A model generated the notes under the pieces. It had not been told where the DNA came from. It worked only from the letters and a program-made list of their open reading frames with translations, and made no database searches. Of a DNA stretch of 38,131 nt, positions 36,932-38,131 are shown one piece after another (position 1 is the stretch's first letter; each line of letters opens with the position of its first letter). The stretch covers positions 1-38,131 of the forward strand of contig DASQDN010000318.1 of assembly GCA_035634155.1 (NCBI GenBank), given 5' to 3'. This DNA comes from Bryobacteraceae bacterium (GTDB lineage Bacteria > Acidobacteriota > Terriglobia > Bryobacterales > Bryobacteraceae). The translations under genes and the position numbers were made by a program.

Positions 36932-38131
36932 GTGAGCGTCGGGCGCGAAATTGCGTTTACGGTGGCCGTGGTTGCGGCTTGTTCGGCCGCCGCCTCAGTT
37001 CTACGCGAGGGCGTGGCTCTCGCAAATCTCGCGATGTTGTATTTATGCGGTGTGGTTACCGTCGCTTTACGGTGCAGCCAGCCTACGGCCGTATTTGGAG
37101 CGACGCTGAGCGCGGCAGCGTTCAATTTCTTTTGCGTGCCGCCCCTGCTGTCGTTTTGGGTGGAAGACATCGAATACTTGTTGACATTTGCGGCAATGCT
37201 GATGGTTGCGATGGTGATCGGCATGCAGACCGCGCACATCCGCAAGCAAGCGGCGGATGCGGCGCTGCGCGGGGACCGCAGCGAAACGCTGTATCGATTG
37301 TCGCGACGGCTGGCGGAACAGGATCGCGTATTTGAGTTGAGTCGGAGCGCGGCCGAGTATGCGTCGGAGGTGTTTCAGGGCGCGGCTGTGATCTTTCTGC
37401 CCGAGGAGGGGAAGATCAGCTTTTCCCGGCGCTCCTCTGATTTGCTGCCAATCGCTCGGGATGAGCAGCCGATCGCGCAGTGGGTGTTCGAGCATGGAAG
37501 AAAAGCGGGTCGCGGCATGGAAGCGCACGGCGGCGCATCAGCGCTGTACCTGCCCTTGAGAGGAACTCGGGATACGGTCGGTGTGATGGCGCTGGTTACG
37601 GAGAATGAGCGGTCGCTTGCGGGCGAGCAGATGCAGTTGCTGGAGGTCTTCGTACATCAGACCGCGACGGCGATTGAGAACACTCGCAGCAGGCATGCCG
37701 CACAGGCCGCCAGGGCACAAATGCAGACTGAGCAGATGCGGAGCTCGTTGCTGAGCGCGGTGTCGCATGACCTGCGGACGCCGCTGGCATCGATCACGGG
37801 CGCGGCCTCCACGCTGCGGTCGCAAGGCGAGAAGCTGCCGCCGGAGACGCGGACCGAACTGCTCGACAGCATTGCGGATGAGGCGGAAAGGTTGGGGCGG
37901 CTGGTCAGCAACTTGTTGGACATGACGCGGCTGGAGTCAGGCGTGGAACTTCGGCGGGATCTGTACCCGCTCGAAGAGATTGTGGGCGCGGCGCTGCAGC
38001 GCATGGAGCGCCAGTTGGGCGATCGAGTAGTGACGACGCGTTTGCCGGATCATCTTCCGCTGGTTTCAGTGGATGATGTGCTGCTGGGGCAACTGCTGGT
38101 GAATCTTCTGGAGAATGCGGTGAAGTATACG
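36932..38131 (+). CDS. KdpD-type sensor histidine kinase lacking the KdpD-N/Usp sensor half (DUF4118-like 4-TM block + GAF-like + HisKA; 3' end cut by window edge)
   Basis: This ORF is not in the track because it runs off the window. The frame is open from 36827 to 38131. There is no in-frame ATG; candidate starts are GTG 36932, TTG 36902 and TTG 36884. TM block IAFTVAVVAACSAAASVL / LANLAMLYLCGVVTVAL / AVFGATLSAAAFNFFCVPP / LLTFAAMLMVAMVIG. H-box MRSSLLSAVSHDLRTPLASI (His codon 37766-37768). N-box start LLVNLLENAVKYT at the edge. Confidence 0.8.
   Translation, partial: MSVGREIAFTVAVVAACSAAASVLREGVALANLAMLYLCGVVTVALRCSQPTAVFGATLSAAAFNFFCVPPLLSFWVEDIEYLLTFAAMLMVAMVIGMQTAHIRKQAADAALRGDRSETLYRLSRRLAEQDRVFELSRSAAEYASEVFQGAAVIFLPEEGKISFSRRSSDLLPIARDEQPIAQWVFEHGRKAGRGMEAHGGASALYLPLRGTRDTVGVMALVTENERSLAGEQMQLLEVFVHQTATAIENTRSRHAAQAARAQMQTEQMRSSLLSAVSHDLRTPLASITGAASTLRSQGEKLPPETRTELLDSIADEAERLGRLVSNLLDMTRLESGVELRRDLYPLEEIVGAALQRMERQLGDRVVTTRLPDHLPLVSVDDVLLGQLLVNLLENAVKYT

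Overview
This is a 38.1-kb, high-GC chromosomal window. An Acidobacteriota (Terriglobia-like) origin is my inference from two TonB-dependent receptors of the carboxypeptidase-regulatory-domain type, the PQQ-dehydrogenase/GH39 content and general protein style; I have no database confirmation. Most of it is densely packed housekeeping: rlmB, ggt, asnS, rocF, ddl, an S41 peptidase, ppiD-dedA, a yfiT-like gene, pdxR-pdxS-pdxT, an LMW phosphatase and tRNA-Leu(CAG). It also holds one glycan/uronate-type utilisation cluster (FadR-type regulator, ExuT-like MFS, TonB receptor, GH39, serine hydrolase). Remaining genes are a secreted M4/M36-like metalloprotease, a PQQ sugar dehydrogenase fused to cytochrome c, and at the 3' edge an APC-permease::Usp fusion followed by a KdpD-type kinase lacking the KdpD N-terminal sensor. 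I found no CRISPR array, no intact mobile element, no rRNA and no recognisable defence system, so I cannot honestly claim a clear-cut novel multi-gene system. The observations most worth follow-up are: (1) the permease-Usp / headless KdpD-like kinase pair; (2) a three-copy TGGY-N3-ACCA palindrome linking the FadR-type regulator to the MFS and TonB/GH39 promoters; (3) a ~1.35-kb decayed integrative-element scar at tRNA-Leu that carries an orphan 232-aa gene; (4) a secreted tandem RidA-like protein divergent from the PLP operon; (5) a multiply disrupted acyltransferase-3 pseudogene. The many long antisense ORFs in the track, including a 938-aa one, are judged high-GC artefacts.
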